A stretch of 64,000 nucleotides of DNA from Pirellulales bacterium (GCA_040901675.1 JBBDYJ010000038.1:64001-128000), one strand, 5' to 3'; counted from the stretch's first letter, positions 37,351-48,989 are shown. Made by a program: numbers and translations. Notes: generated from the sequence alone by a model not told the origin.

Positions 37351-38439
37351 ATGGCCACGAAAAACCCGAAAACAACCTCTGACTTCCGTCCGATGCCCCC
37401 TGTTAATCTTTCATCCTCTGCCACACATCCGGCCCCGCCGGACTCCGTCCCCCGCTCCCCCCTTCCCCCGCTCCCCCCTTCCTCCTCGCTCCTCGACCTC
37501 CAGCGCCGCTGCCAAAAACCCGACCATCGCATCGTCGGCAACTGGATGGCCCGCCGCATCAGCCGCCCTTTGGCCTTGCGGGTCACTTGGGTCGCCGTCG
37601 GCTGGGGCCTCTCGGCCCACGCCGTCACCTGTCTCGCCTGGCTCTGCGGCCTGGCGGCCGCGGCCTTCTTCTCCTCCGGCAGCGTCGCCGGCTGGCTGGC
37701 GGCCGTCTTCCTCTTGCAGCTCTGGTACTTGCTGGACCACGTCGACGGCCAACTGGCCCGTTACCACGGCACGGCCTCGCTCGACGGCGTGCAGCTCGAC
37801 TACCTGATGCACCACACCCTCAACCTGCTCATCCCTCTCGGCGCCGGCCACGGCCTGGCCACCGCCGCCGCTCACCCGCCCGCCTGGTTCTTGGGCGGGC
37901 TGGCTTGGGGCCTGGCGCTGTTGTGTTTGGGGCTGATGCACGACACGCGCTACAAGGCTTTTGTTCAGCGGCTCAAGCGCGTCCGCGGCCAGCTTGAAGT
38001 CATTGGTGGGGGCGGTGCACGGCCATGTGCGCCCCCACCGATTCCGCGCCGGCCGTTAGCGCTTGCCGCCTGGCTTGCCCGCAAGTCATGCGAGAGCCAC
38101 GTCATCATGAACATCCTCACCGCCATTGCCCTGGCCCAGTGGCTCGTCGCCGACCGCGCCCTCCTGATCGCCCGCGCGTATCTCGCCCTCACGGCTCCTC
38201 TGGCCTGTCTCGTATTCGCTCTGTCCCTCGTTCGCTCCCTCCGCCGCCACACGGCCGAGCGCGAGTTCGCTCTCTGGTATCGCCCACCCGTCGGCTCGCG
38301 TCTCGTCTTCCAAGACGGCTGGTGGCACGTCCGGACTGAGGATGAGGGAAACGGGGGATCGGGGGAAGCGGGGACAGGACGAACGATCGCCACGAAGCAT
38401 TCCCGCCCCTTAATCCATGAATCCCCGGAGACCGACTGA
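37351..38439 (+). CDS. CDP-alcohol phosphatidyltransferase family protein
   Basis: LDHVDGQLARYHGTASLDGVQLD matches DxxDGxxAR...GxxLD. Confidence 0.88.
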   Translation: MATKNPKTTSDFRPMPPVNLSSSATHPAPPDSVPRSPLPPLPPSSSLLDLQRRCQKPDHRIVGNWMARRISRPLALRVTWVAVGWGLSAHAVTCLAWLCGLAAAAFFSSGSVAGWLAAVFLLQLWYLLDHVDGQLARYHGTASLDGVQLDYLMHHTLNLLIPLGAGHGLATAAAHPPAWFLGGLAWGLALLCLGLMHDTRYKAFVQRLKRVRGQLEVIGGGGARPCAPPPIPRRPLALAAWLARKSCESHVIMNILTAIALAQWLVADRALLIARAYLALTAPLACLVFALSLVRSLRRHTAEREFALWYRPPVGSRLVFQDGWWHVRTEDEGNGGSGEAGTGRTIATKHSRPLIHESPETD

Positions 38440-38725
38440 CGTAGAACGGAATTCATTCCGTTTGCCTTCGTGCTTTCGGTGGTAGCAGGACTCGCCAGAG
38501 TTCTGGCCGTCTTCCCCAGTAGCGCGTCCGTAGCAGGACTCGCCAGAGTTCTGGCCGTGTTCACCCTGCGTTGACCTTGCCTGCCTTGAGCTTGTCGAAA
38601 GGCCGCATCGCCCCTTCGCCCCCCGTTCTTTCCTGCCTTCCGAGGATCGCCTTGTCGATTCCTCCTTCCTCCTTCCTCCCTCTGCCTTCTTCCTTCTGCC
38701 TTCTGCCTTCCTGCCTTTCTGCCTT
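38440..38725. repeat. Cluster of GTAG-type REP-like palindromes and heptamer tracts
   Basis: CGTAGAACGGAATTCATTCCGTTT (also at 30281); GTAGCAGGACTCGCCAGAGTTCTGGCCGT x2; CCTTCTG tracts. Confidence 0.75.
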
Positions 38726-39261
38726 CAAGAATCGACCCACCACTGGTACTCCGGCATGGAGGGATTCGGCTTGAACTGAGCGAGCACCTGAATGTCCTCT
38801 AAGACCTTGTTTAGCGCGGCCGGATCCGCCCCAGTGGCATCGGCCCATGCTTTGATCAGTTCTGGACAGCTCACCACTGTCAGGGCCGCGTGTTTCGCGA
38901 CGCGGATCGCTTTGCGGTCGTCCGTGGCCACCACCCACTTGCGCTGTTCGGCCAGGGCCAGGCACATCGCTTCCCCGTCCGACCGGAAAACCATCGCGTA
39001 CTGGGTGAACCGGTCGAGCTCCTGCTGATTCTCCGGGCGGCAAACCGTCAGCACGCCCGCGGAAATCAGCCCCGACAAGTCAACGGCAACCGTCACGGTC
39101 TTCCCCGGCTGGGTGCTATCATGCCGGCGACAATACCGGACCTCGCTCTGTACGGCGGAGGGCAAGTGCCACTTGAAGCCCGTAGCGCGCAAAATGCCCT
39201 CGGCGTCTCCCGAGGCCAACAAGTCAATCAGGCAACATGCGTCGATGGCCGCATTCGGCAT
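38725..39261 (-). CDS. PIN-domain-like protein (putative toxin)
   Basis: IDACCLIDL, DGEAMCLALA, VATDDRKA. Confidence 0.75.
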   Translation of the reverse strand: MPNAAIDACCLIDLLASGDAEGILRATGFKWHLPSAVQSEVRYCRRHDSTQPGKTVTVAVDLSGLISAGVLTVCRPENQQELDRFTQYAMVFRSDGEAMCLALAEQRKWVVATDDRKAIRVAKHAALTVVSCPELIKAWADATGADPAALNKVLEDIQVLAQFKPNPSMPEYQWWVDS

Positions 39262-39317
39262 CACGAGATCTTGTCCACGAGACCGTGTCCATCAGACCTT
39301 GCCCACTAGATTGCCTA

Positions 39318-40538
39318 TCAGGGCGCCGCGCTCAGCAGCGATTTGGCGAAGTCGAGCCGCCACGCGCTCTCCACGCCGGCGGAATCAAGTTCCCGGCTCG
39401 ACAAGGTAATGGCCGCGATCTCGCGGGCTCTCACGATGTCGCACCGCAGATAGTGGGCCAGATCGCTGTCGCCGATTTCTCCACGCTCGTAGGCTGCGAC
39501 AGCGAGATACTTGTACCGCTCTGGGAATGCTTCGTCGTTGACCGGCTGAGACTGCAAGCTCAAAAGTTCCGCCGCCTCGCGGGGCGAGAACTTCGACTCT
39601 TGCAAGAACTGCCAACTTCCTCGCTGGATGAGTCCCAACTGCTCCAAGCGGAGCGCCATCGCCTCGACCGAGACGTAGTAGAAGTGGCTCATCCGCCGCA
39701 GATCGGCCCCTTTGAAGTCGCCGGTGGTGGTCACGATGTCGTGAAACCGCTGCCGCACGGAGCTGGCGGGCATCAGAAAGCTCAAGCCGAACGACTCGGC
39801 GAAGCGTTCGTTGGCGGGCTTCCTTCCCGTCATGGTCAGGTAGTCGATGCCCGGCTTGTAGCGATCCACGATCAGATGACCGTACTCGTGGAGCATCGAC
39901 ACGCGCCGCCGCTCGGGCGGGTGTTTGCGGTTGACGAGGATGCAGCAACCGAGGTCCGCCGTGTACGCGTACATTCCGGCGATGGCCGGGGGGAGATCCC
40001 AGTAGAAGATCCGCAGCCCGACATCCCACTCCAGTGTGCTGCGGAGGTAGATCACCGGCTGGTCGCCGAGTCCCAGCCGCTGCCGCTCTTGCAGCGCGGC
40101 GGTCTCGGCGAGCCCAGCGGCCTCGATCCGAGGGCTCAGCCTGACTTCAGGGGGATAGTTGAATCGCAGGGGCGCGTCCATCAGCTTTTCCAAGTCCCGG
40201 TAGTCTTCGGCCAGCCGCTGAAGCTCGTCGATGCCCGCCTTCAGCGCCTCTTCGTCGGGCCCCTTTATCTTTTCGGCCACTGCGCGCAAGTGCGGCTGCA
40301 GGTCCCCCGCCGGTTCGGTCGGGCGAACCAGCTCATGGACCTTGCGGCCCAAGAAACCGGCCAGCTTGACGATTTCGTCCGACTTGGCTGCGCGGTCCCC
40401 CTTCTCGATGGCGATGTAGGTCGGCCGGCTGCACTGCAGGAAGTCGGCGACTTCCTCTTGCGTCTTGCCCCGCGCCTTGCGTGCCTCGGCGATCCGTTGT
40501 CCCAGAATCCGTGGATCAATCTTTTCAAGCTGAGGCAT
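39318..40538 (-). CDS. XRE HTH fused to IrrE/ImmA Zn-metallopeptidase
   Basis: RIAEARKARGKTQEEVA..SRPTYIAIEKG; HEYGH; ERFAESFGLSFLMP. Confidence 0.9.
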   Translation of the reverse strand: MPQLEKIDPRILGQRIAEARKARGKTQEEVADFLQCSRPTYIAIEKGDRAAKSDEIVKLAGFLGRKVHELVRPTEPAGDLQPHLRAVAEKIKGPDEEALKAGIDELQRLAEDYRDLEKLMDAPLRFNYPPEVRLSPRIEAAGLAETAALQERQRLGLGDQPVIYLRSTLEWDVGLRIFYWDLPPAIAGMYAYTADLGCCILVNRKHPPERRRVSMLHEYGHLIVDRYKPGIDYLTMTGRKPANERFAESFGLSFLMPASSVRQRFHDIVTTTGDFKGADLRRMSHFYYVSVEAMALRLEQLGLIQRGSWQFLQESKFSPREAAELLSLQSQPVNDEAFPERYKYLAVAAYERGEIGDSDLAHYLRCDIVRAREIAAITLSSRELDSAGVESAWRLDFAKSLLSAAP

Positions 40539-40841
40539 GGGCCTGTCCTTCGCCTTTGGGTTCGTGCATCGGGCTGCTCGCAAGCCTGTCCGCGATCGCG
40601 CCCTCCTGCCCCTCTTGTGAATCATCGGCACAGGATTTTACAAAGTCAACAATAATTCAATATAATTGTAAACATATGTCAAACGCATCGGCACATGCCT
40701 CCGCCGCCGGCACCGCGCGGACAGTGCCGTAACCGTTTGAAATGTAGGTGCTTAGAACAACGGTGACCTCTGCCTTCTGACCTCTGATCTCTGGAGTTGA
40801 CGGACCGCATGCATGCGGATCACGACGAACCTGCGAACAGC

Positions 40842-42557
40842 CTACGAGCCGATCAGCTTCTTCAATTGCGGCCAGGGGCGGGCGTTGGCGACGTCGGCGG
40901 CGGTGAGGCCGGCGCGGCGGGCCTGCACGATGCCGTACCGCAGCTTGTCGAGCTCGTTCACGCTGTGCGCGTCGGTCGAGATCACGATCGGCACGCCGTA
41001 CGACTTGGCCGCCGCGCAGGCCAGGTCGTCCAGGTCGAGACGCCAGGGGTTCGCGTTGAGCTCCAACAGCTTGCCGTGATCGCGGGCGGCCTTGAAGACC
41101 GCCTCCAGGTCGACGTCGTAAGCCTTGCGGCGGTTGATCAGCCGGCCGGTCGGATGTCCGATCGCGGAAACCCAACGATTCTCGATCGCGCCCAGAATCC
41201 GCCGCGTGATCTGCTCGCGCGGCTGGTTCTGACCATAGTGCAGGCTGGCCACCACCCAGTCGGCCTCGCTGAGCACCTCGTCGTCCAGGTCGAGGCCGCC
41301 GCGCTCCAGGATGTCGACCTCGACGCCCTTCAGCACCTTGAACCCCTTGAGCCGCGCGTTGAGCCGGTCGATCTCGGCCCACTGCTGGCGCAAGCGTTCG
41401 GCGTTCAGGCCGTTGGCCATCGAGACGCGCTTGGAGTGATCGGTGATGGCAATGTACTTCAGTCCCCGCTTGCGCGCCGCCTCGGCCATCTCGTCGAGCG
41501 TGGCCTGCCCATCGGTGGCCGTGGTGTGCATGTGCAGGTCGCCCTGGATCCGCTCGGCGGTGATCAGCTCGGGCAAGGCGCCCTGGTCGGCCCAGTCGAA
41601 CTCGCGCCGCGCCTCGCGCAGCTCCGGCGGAAAGCAAGGCAGGTCCAAGGCGGCGTAAACTTCGGCCTCGCTGCGGCCGGCGATCCACTCGTCGCCCCTG
41701 TAGACGCCGTATTCGTTGATCTTGAGGCCGCGGGCCTTGGCCCGGCCGCGCAACACGACGTTGTGGTCCTTGGAGCCGGTGAAATACTGCAAGGCCGCCC
41801 CGAACGACTGGGCGGGGACCACGCGCAGGTCGACTTGCAAGCCGCCGCCCAACCGCACCGACATCTTGGTGTCGCCGCGGGCCAACACGTCGGCCACGCC
41901 GGCAAAACGGGCCAGGTGGTCCATCGCCTCGTCCGGATTGTTGGAGACGACCAGCAGATCAAGATCGCCCACGGTCTCGCGGCCGCGGCGGTAGCTGCCG
42001 GCCGCGGCGAGCTGCTCGACGCCGGGCAGGCCGCGAAGATGCGCCAGCAGCGACTGTGCAAACACGTCGGCCTCGGCCCACAGGAGGCGCTGCTGGCTGG
42101 AGCCGGCAAAATCGAGGCCGGCCAGGATGGCCTCCTCGGTCTTGGCGCCAAAGCCTTTCAGACCGCGGACCCGCTGGGCCTGGCAAGCCTCGCGGAGTTG
42201 TTCGAGCGATGCGATCTTGAGCTCCTTGAACAGGGCAGCCGCCTTCTTCGGCCCCAGGCCCGGCACCCGCAAAAGCACCAGCACCGAGGCGGGCACTTCG
42301 GCCAGAAGCTGCTGGTGCATCGGCAGCGAGCCGGTGGCGAGCAGCGTCGAGATTTTTTCGGCCAGGTCCTTGCCGATGCCTTCGATTTCGGTCAGCTTGC
42401 GATCGGGGTCGGCGGCGATATCGGCCACCGGCTCGGACATCTCCCGGATGGTCCGCGCGCCGGTCCGGTAGGCCCGGACGCGAAATGGGTTGGCGTCCTG
42501 GAACTCCAGCAGGTCGGCAACCTCGTCGAATACCGCGGCGATCTGCGGGTTGTTCAT
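40842..42557 (-). CDS. polX: DNA polymerase X with PHP domain
   Basis: NPFRVRAY, GSYRRGRETVGDLD, YFTGSKDHN, DLHMHT, ITDHS, ISTDAH. Confidence 0.95.
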   Translation of the reverse strand: MNNPQIAAVFDEVADLLEFQDANPFRVRAYRTGARTIREMSEPVADIAADPDRKLTEIEGIGKDLAEKISTLLATGSLPMHQQLLAEVPASVLVLLRVPGLGPKKAAALFKELKIASLEQLREACQAQRVRGLKGFGAKTEEAILAGLDFAGSSQQRLLWAEADVFAQSLLAHLRGLPGVEQLAAAGSYRRGRETVGDLDLLVVSNNPDEAMDHLARFAGVADVLARGDTKMSVRLGGGLQVDLRVVPAQSFGAALQYFTGSKDHNVVLRGRAKARGLKINEYGVYRGDEWIAGRSEAEVYAALDLPCFPPELREARREFDWADQGALPELITAERIQGDLHMHTTATDGQATLDEMAEAARKRGLKYIAITDHSKRVSMANGLNAERLRQQWAEIDRLNARLKGFKVLKGVEVDILERGGLDLDDEVLSEADWVVASLHYGQNQPREQITRRILGAIENRWVSAIGHPTGRLINRRKAYDVDLEAVFKAARDHGKLLELNANPWRLDLDDLACAAAKSYGVPIVISTDAHSVNELDKLRYGIVQARRAGLTAADVANARPWPQLKKLIGS

Positions 42558-42593
42558 ACCTCAGCCTGCCGATACTGCCATGCGTTGAAAAGC

Positions 42594-43586
42594 TTAAACG
42601 TGCAGCTCGACGACGTCCTTGTCGTGCAGCACGTAGTCGGTCTTGGCCACGGTGCCATCATGAACCGCCGAGCCCCAAACGCGGGCAAACTTCAGGTTCT
42701 CCGCAAAGTCCTTGTGAACCAGGGCCGCCACGTCGGCCAGAGTGCCGCCCCGCCGCACGGTAAAGGGCCGCTCGTAATCGGCCTGTTTGGCGGCGGGGGT
42801 CTTGGTGTAGACCCGCACCACGTCCAGCGAGCGATAGACGGCCTCTTTCAAGGCTTCCAAGCCGGTGCCGTGCAGGGCGGAGATCACGAATCGGGGCCAG
42901 TCGAGCGTGCACAGCTCGCTGAAAAGTTCGAGCCGCTCGGCCGCGTCGGCCAGATCGATCTTGTTGGGGACCAGCAGCGTGCGGGTGTAGGACACGCCGA
43001 CGTCGTCTTCGTCGAGGGCCGACTCTCGGGCCAACCGCGTTTTGGTTGCCGCGAGCTTGTCGAACATTTCCTGAAATTGCTCGATACCGTCGTCGCTGCC
43101 CAAGTCGACCAGCACCAGCGCCAGATCGGCTGCCCGCACGAGACCCTGCATATATGGTTCGAGAAAGTCGCGGGTGATGGGGGGAGTGTCGATGAGCTGC
43201 ACCGCCACGTCCTCCCAGGGCATCATGCCGGGCATGGGGGCACGGGTTGTGAAGGGATAGGCGGCGACCTCCGGAGTGGCTCGCGTGAGACGGGCGAGCA
43301 ACTGGCTCTTGCCCGCGTTCGGGCCCCCCAAGAGCACCGCGGTGCCGGCGCCCTGCCGGGGGATGCGGACGCCGTGCCCCTTCTTGGGGCTTTTGCGCTG
43401 GGCCTCCAATTCCTTCTTGGCCTTGCTGATCTTCTGCTTGAGCTCGGACTGCAGCTTCTCCGAGGCCTTGTGCTTCGGCATTTCGCGCAGCATGACCTCG
43501 AGCCACTTGAGTTCGTCCTCGGTGGTCGCCGCCCGCCGGTACTCCTCCTCGGCCCGGTGGTATTGAGGCGTGAGATTGGTAGCCAT
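42594..43586 (-). CDS. DRG/Obg-like GTPase with TGS domain
   Basis: GGPNAGKS, YPFTT, DTP, NKID, RVYTK, ARVWGS, LHDKDVVELH. Confidence 0.88.
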   Translation of the reverse strand: MATNLTPQYHRAEEEYRRAATTEDELKWLEVMLREMPKHKASEKLQSELKQKISKAKKELEAQRKSPKKGHGVRIPRQGAGTAVLLGGPNAGKSQLLARLTRATPEVAAYPFTTRAPMPGMMPWEDVAVQLIDTPPITRDFLEPYMQGLVRAADLALVLVDLGSDDGIEQFQEMFDKLAATKTRLARESALDEDDVGVSYTRTLLVPNKIDLADAAERLELFSELCTLDWPRFVISALHGTGLEALKEAVYRSLDVVRVYTKTPAAKQADYERPFTVRRGGTLADVAALVHKDFAENLKFARVWGSAVHDGTVAKTDYVLHDKDVVELHV

Positions 43587-43840
43587 GACATCCGCGCAAC
43601 TTGAGGAAATTTCTCTATGAAATTGAGTTTAGTGGAGGCCGGCCCAACCCGCCAGTTGGCGGCGGCAGCCGTCGGGCCGGATGCACGCTAGCGGCCTGCC
43701 GGGCAGCCGGATTCGCGAGAATTCGGGCCGCCGCCCACTTCACCAGGACATTTGGCGAGCCTCGTCCCTCGGCCGTTGGGAGTCTGCCGCGATTCAGGTG
43801 ATATAATTCCATGGACCCATCGGACCACGCGAGGACCGCC

Positions 43841-45799
43841 ATGAAAACCAGCCAGCCGCAACTCGACCCTTCGAACCGGCCCCGGCCACACGAACATCCG
43901 GCGGCCGCTGACGGCGAGCGGCAGTCGTTTGCTGAAACGGCGCTGAAGCTGGGGGGCAAAAGCGACGAAGAAGCCCGCCGCACGGGAGCCATCGACAAGG
44001 CCGACGACCAGGTCGAGGCCCTGTTTGCGCCGCAGTACCAGACCACGGCCAGCCCGGCGCATCGGGCGGTGTGGGAGGGGCGTGTTCCGGTCGACCTGTT
44101 CAGCTTTCCGCCCCCGTCGGCGCCAGAGCACGCCGGCAAGGTCATGGAGGGCTCGCTGGCGGTGGTCCGGCGGCATCGCGAGTCGGGCACGGTGCTGGAC
44201 GAACACGGCAAGATCTCGCAGCAGGTGCTGGACGAGTTGGCGGCCGCCGGCTATTGGGGCCTGCTGGTCGACCGCGAGTATGGCGGATCGGCGGCGCCGT
44301 TCGGTGTTTTTGCTCCATTCCTCACGCGGATGGCCACGCTCGATCCGACGATCGCGGGAATGGCCTCGGTGCACGGCTGCATCGGAGCGGTGGATCCGGT
44401 CCGCACGTTCGGCGACGCCGAGCAAAAGGCCCGCTTCCTGCCGCGGCTGGCCAGCGGCGAGCGGTTGAGCGCCTTCGCTCTGACCGAGCCCAACGCGGGC
44501 AGCGACCTCACCGCGCTGCGGACGCGCGCCGAGCGCGACGGCGACGAGTACGTCGTGAACGGCGAGAAGCTGTTCATCACCAACGTGGTGCCCGGCCGCA
44601 CGATCGGCCTGGTGTGCCTGATCGGCGGCAAGCCGGCGGTGCTCATCGTCGATCTGCCGGAGGCCGAGGACGAACACTTCCGGTTGAAGCGCTACGGGCT
44701 GTACGCTCTCAAGCACACCTACAACCAGGGCATCGTGTTCAAAGATTTCCGCGTGCCGGCCGAGAACCTGCTCCAGCCTGCTCGCGGCGACGGCCTGACG
44801 ATCGCCTACCATGGGCTGAACCTGGGGCGGATCGCGTTGTGCGCCACGGCGGCCGGAAGCATGCGGCTGATGCTGGCGAGCATGATCCCCTGGGCCCACT
44901 TCCGCAAGACGTACGGCCAGCCGATCGAGCGCCGCGAGCTGGTCCGCCGCCGGCTGGGGCGGTTGGCCGGCCTGATCGTGGCCTGCGACGCGCTGGTGGC
45001 CTGGTGCTCGGCCCTGATCGACCGCGGCTATCGCGGCGAGATGGAGTGCATCATCGCCAAGATCTTCGGCAGCGAGGCCCAGAGGGAAGCGGCGGTCGAG
45101 TTGTTGATGAAGACGCACGGCGGCCGCTCGTTCGTTCACGGCCACCTGTTCGGCGACAACGTCCACGAGTTCCTGGCGCCGTGCATTTACGAGGGCGAGG
45201 GCGAGATGCTGGGCATGGCCTTCTTCAAATCGCTGGTCAAGCAGCATGGCACCGCCTACTTCGAGCCGATCGGCAAGGCGCTGGCGGCCGCCGGCATCAA
45301 GCGGCCCAACCCGCTGAACCCGGCGCACGCCTGGGCACTGAGGGGGCCGCTGTGGGACTACGGCCGCTGGTATCTTGGGCAGAAACCTGCCTGGCGGCAG
45401 GCGGCCCAGTTGCCGGCGATGCCCCCGGCGTTGCGGGAGCATGCACGCTACGCGGCGGATTGGCTGGTCCGCTCTCCGCTGGAGATCAGCGGCACAATGC
45501 GCAAGCACCAGTTGGCCCTGGCCGACCGGCAGTGCCGGATGGCCGAGGTCTCGCAGCGGGTGCAGGACGCAATCGTCATTCTGGCGGTCAGCTTGTACGC
45601 GGGCCGCCAGGACGACGAGCTGATACGGACGGCAGCCGACGTGGTCTGCCAGGATTTGCGGCGCAAGCTGACGGGCGATCGCCCCAGCGACCGCTACTTC
45701 CGCACGGTCACCCGGCTGGGCGAGCAGGTTGCCGAGGGGGGATTCAAGTCGATTGCGGGCCTTCCCACCGGACCGATCCTGATGCCTTACGAGGACTAG
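43841..45799 (+). CDS. Acyl-CoA dehydrogenase family protein
   Basis: [35 protein letters not shown]. Confidence 0.88.
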   Translation: MKTSQPQLDPSNRPRPHEHPAAADGERQSFAETALKLGGKSDEEARRTGAIDKADDQVEALFAPQYQTTASPAHRAVWEGRVPVDLFSFPPPSAPEHAGKVMEGSLAVVRRHRESGTVLDEHGKISQQVLDELAAAGYWGLLVDREYGGSAAPFGVFAPFLTRMATLDPTIAGMASVHGCIGAVDPVRTFGDAEQKARFLPRLASGERLSAFALTEPNAGSDLTALRTRAERDGDEYVVNGEKLFITNVVPGRTIGLVCLIGGKPAVLIVDLPEAEDEHFRLKRYGLYALKHTYNQGIVFKDFRVPAENLLQPARGDGLTIAYHGLNLGRIALCATAAGSMRLMLASMIPWAHFRKTYGQPIERRELVRRRLGRLAGLIVACDALVAWCSALIDRGYRGEMECIIAKIFGSEAQREAAVELLMKTHGGRSFVHGHLFGDNVHEFLAPCIYEGEGEMLGMAFFKSLVKQHGTAYFEPIGKALAAAGIKRPNPLNPAHAWALRGPLWDYGRWYLGQKPAWRQAAQLPAMPPALREHARYAADWLVRSPLEISGTMRKHQLALADRQCRMAEVSQRVQDAIVILAVSLYAGRQDDELIRTAADVVCQDLRRKLTGDRPSDRYFRTVTRLGEQVAEGGFKSIAGLPTGPILMPYED

Positions 45800-45849
45800 C
45801 GGGCAGGCAAGGCAGCTTCGCCGGTGGATGGTAGTGGGTCAGTTTGAAA

Positions 45850-46149
45850 TCACGGCCTAATCCCGGTCCTCTTTTCTTCTGCTTCAAGTACCGCGTCCAT
45901 CCGGAGGGCCTGCTCTTCCCACTTGGCGAGGATTTTCTCGTAGCGGTCGTTAAACTCGTGAGCGCGTTCGGTTTGTAGTTCCTGCGCCGTCAGCAGTCTG
46001 TCAGTTTGTTCGGTCTGACGCTTGTACGCTTCGAGTTGAGCCTCATATTCCTCAACCGAGGATGTGGTCGCGCCCTGATCCGCCACGGGCGTGCAACCAA
46101 CGCCTCCAAGAGATGCAAGAACCGCCATGATGGTGAGGGATGTGCGCAT
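45850..46149 (-). CDS. Small coiled-coil lipoprotein (cassette passenger)
   Basis: Signal peptide ending GVGC; Glu/Gln-rich helix. Confidence 0.6.
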   Translation of the reverse strand: MRTSLTIMAVLASLGGVGCTPVADQGATTSSVEEYEAQLEAYKRQTEQTDRLLTAQELQTERAHEFNDRYEKILAKWEEQALRMDAVLEAEEKRTGIRP

Positions 46150-46197
46150 GGGAGAACCTCATTTGACTGATAGGGGTCGTCAGGGCATAATTATGCC

Positions 46198-46536
46198 ATG
46201 CCTAAACGCTCAAGCAAGCAAAAAGACACCCAGCAGCTCGCCCGGTCCGTTCTGGATGCCGTGGCGCCCGATGCCGAGCCGCCGAAGAAACCAGCCGCGA
46301 ACAAGGCCAAGCCGCCGCGCCCAGTGAAGAAGCAGGACGTGGAGGATATCGAACGGGCCGACGCGGAAGGCATGGCGCAGCCCCAGGGCATACGGCCCAA
46401 AGAGAAGAACCCCGCAGCCGTCGCCCTGGGCCGCCTGGGCGGCAAGAAGGGCGGCGCGGCCCGCGCAGCCAAGCTGTCGAAAGCCAAGCGGTCGGCCATC
46501 GCCAAAAAGGCGGCGGCGGCGCGGTGGCAACGCTAG
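46198..46536 (+). CDS. Small basic protein with KNPAAVALGRLGGKKGG motif (cassette passenger)
   Basis: Motif typical of mobile-element small proteins; promoter TTGACT-N17-CATAAT at 46163-46191 implies a leaderless mRNA. Confidence 0.7.
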   Translation: MPKRSSKQKDTQQLARSVLDAVAPDAEPPKKPAANKAKPPRPVKKQDVEDIERADAEGMAQPQGIRPKEKNPAAVALGRLGGKKGGAARAAKLSKAKRSAIAKKAAAARWQR

Positions 46537-46785
46537 CCCCTCGGCTCCCAGTCTTTCGGATCGTCGAAAAGTCCAGGTGTTTCGGGATAGATGGGCGCGA
46601 TCCAGTCTGACTGTTTCTCAAACGCGGCGTAATCCGTGTGCAGTTTCATTAGGCCAACGACGGTTCCCAGGTGAACAAGCACCTCAGGAAACCCCACGTC
46701 GGAACTCAGCCACGAATGCAGCTTGTTGCCAGGGGTTCCCCTGTCGTTCCGACGTTCCTTCAGTTTCTTCAAGAGGCCTGGGGCG
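46533..46785 (-). pseudogene. 3' fragment of a P63C-domain-like gene truncated at the cassette end
   Basis: APGLLKKLKER...KLHSWLSSDVG...HLGTVVGLMK; the 5' part is replaced by the inverted repeat. Confidence 0.55.
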
Positions 46786-46953
46786 ATTTCAAACTGACCC
46801 ACTACCGGTTGGATCGCTTGCTTGACGCGGATGGGCGAAAGGGGACAATTGGTGTCTTGCACCCCCGTACTGAGGTGAGCCCTTGATTGCCGTGCCCCGA
46901 GCGAGTCTTGGGTTTGTATACTTCCTTGCTCCTTCATTCTTCCTCCTTTAGCC

Positions 46954-47690
46954 GTGTCTACTTACGCCGTCATCTTGCCGGCCGCCGGCGCCAGCAGCCG
47001 GTTCAAGGACAAGCACTACAAGAAGCCTTTTGCGCCGCTGGCGAACCGGGCGGTGTGGCTGTACTCCGCGGAGCGGTTCCTGCACCGCGACGACGTCAAG
47101 CAATTGATCGTGGTCGTCTCCCCTGAAGACCGCGAATACTTCGACTTCAAGTTCGCCTCCAACGTGATGATCCTGGGCATCGACGTGGTGGAAGGCGGCA
47201 AGGAGCGGGCCGACTCGATCCAACGGGCGCTGGAGCACGTCAAGCCGGACATCGACTTCATCGCCGTGCACGACGCCGCCCGGCCTTGCCTGGCCGACGA
47301 ATGGGTGACCAAGGTGTTCGACGCCGCGCGCAACAGCGGCGCCGCCATTCTGGGCCTGCCGGTCTCGGCCACGTTGAAGCGCGTCGGCCCGAACCGCGTC
47401 ACTAAGGAGACGGTGTCCCGCGAGGGACTGTGGGAGGCGCAGACCCCCCAGGTGTTTCGACGCCAGTTGCTGCTCGACGCCTACGCGCGGCGAGGCGGTT
47501 TTGCCGCCACCGACGACGCCCAGCTCGTCGAGCGGATCGGCCATCCGGTGACCGTCGTGCACGGCTCGCCGATCAACATCAAGATCACCACGCAGGAAGA
47601 CCTGCGGTTGGCCGAGCAGGCCTTGAAGGCTCTTCCCAAGCCCAAGTTCCACGGTCCGGGCCATCCCTTCGCCGAAGACGACATGTGGCG

Positions 47691-47694
<4 letters not shown>
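46954..47694 (+). CDS. ispD: 2-C-methyl-D-erythritol 4-phosphate cytidylyltransferase
   Basis: PAAGASSRF, GGKERADS, VHDAARP, AQTPQVF, TDDA, NIKITT. Confidence 0.93.

Positions 47695-48975
<1,281 letters not shown>

Positions 48976-48989
<14 letters not shown>

Larger units (their letters stand above)
45830..46806. mobile_element. Non-autonomous IS1-like cassette bounded by perfect 21-bp inverted repeats
   Basis: GGTAGTGGGTCAGTTTGAAAT (45830-45850) and its exact reverse complement (46786-46806); flanks CGGTGGAT / GGTTGGAT; no transposase inside. Confidence 0.7.
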
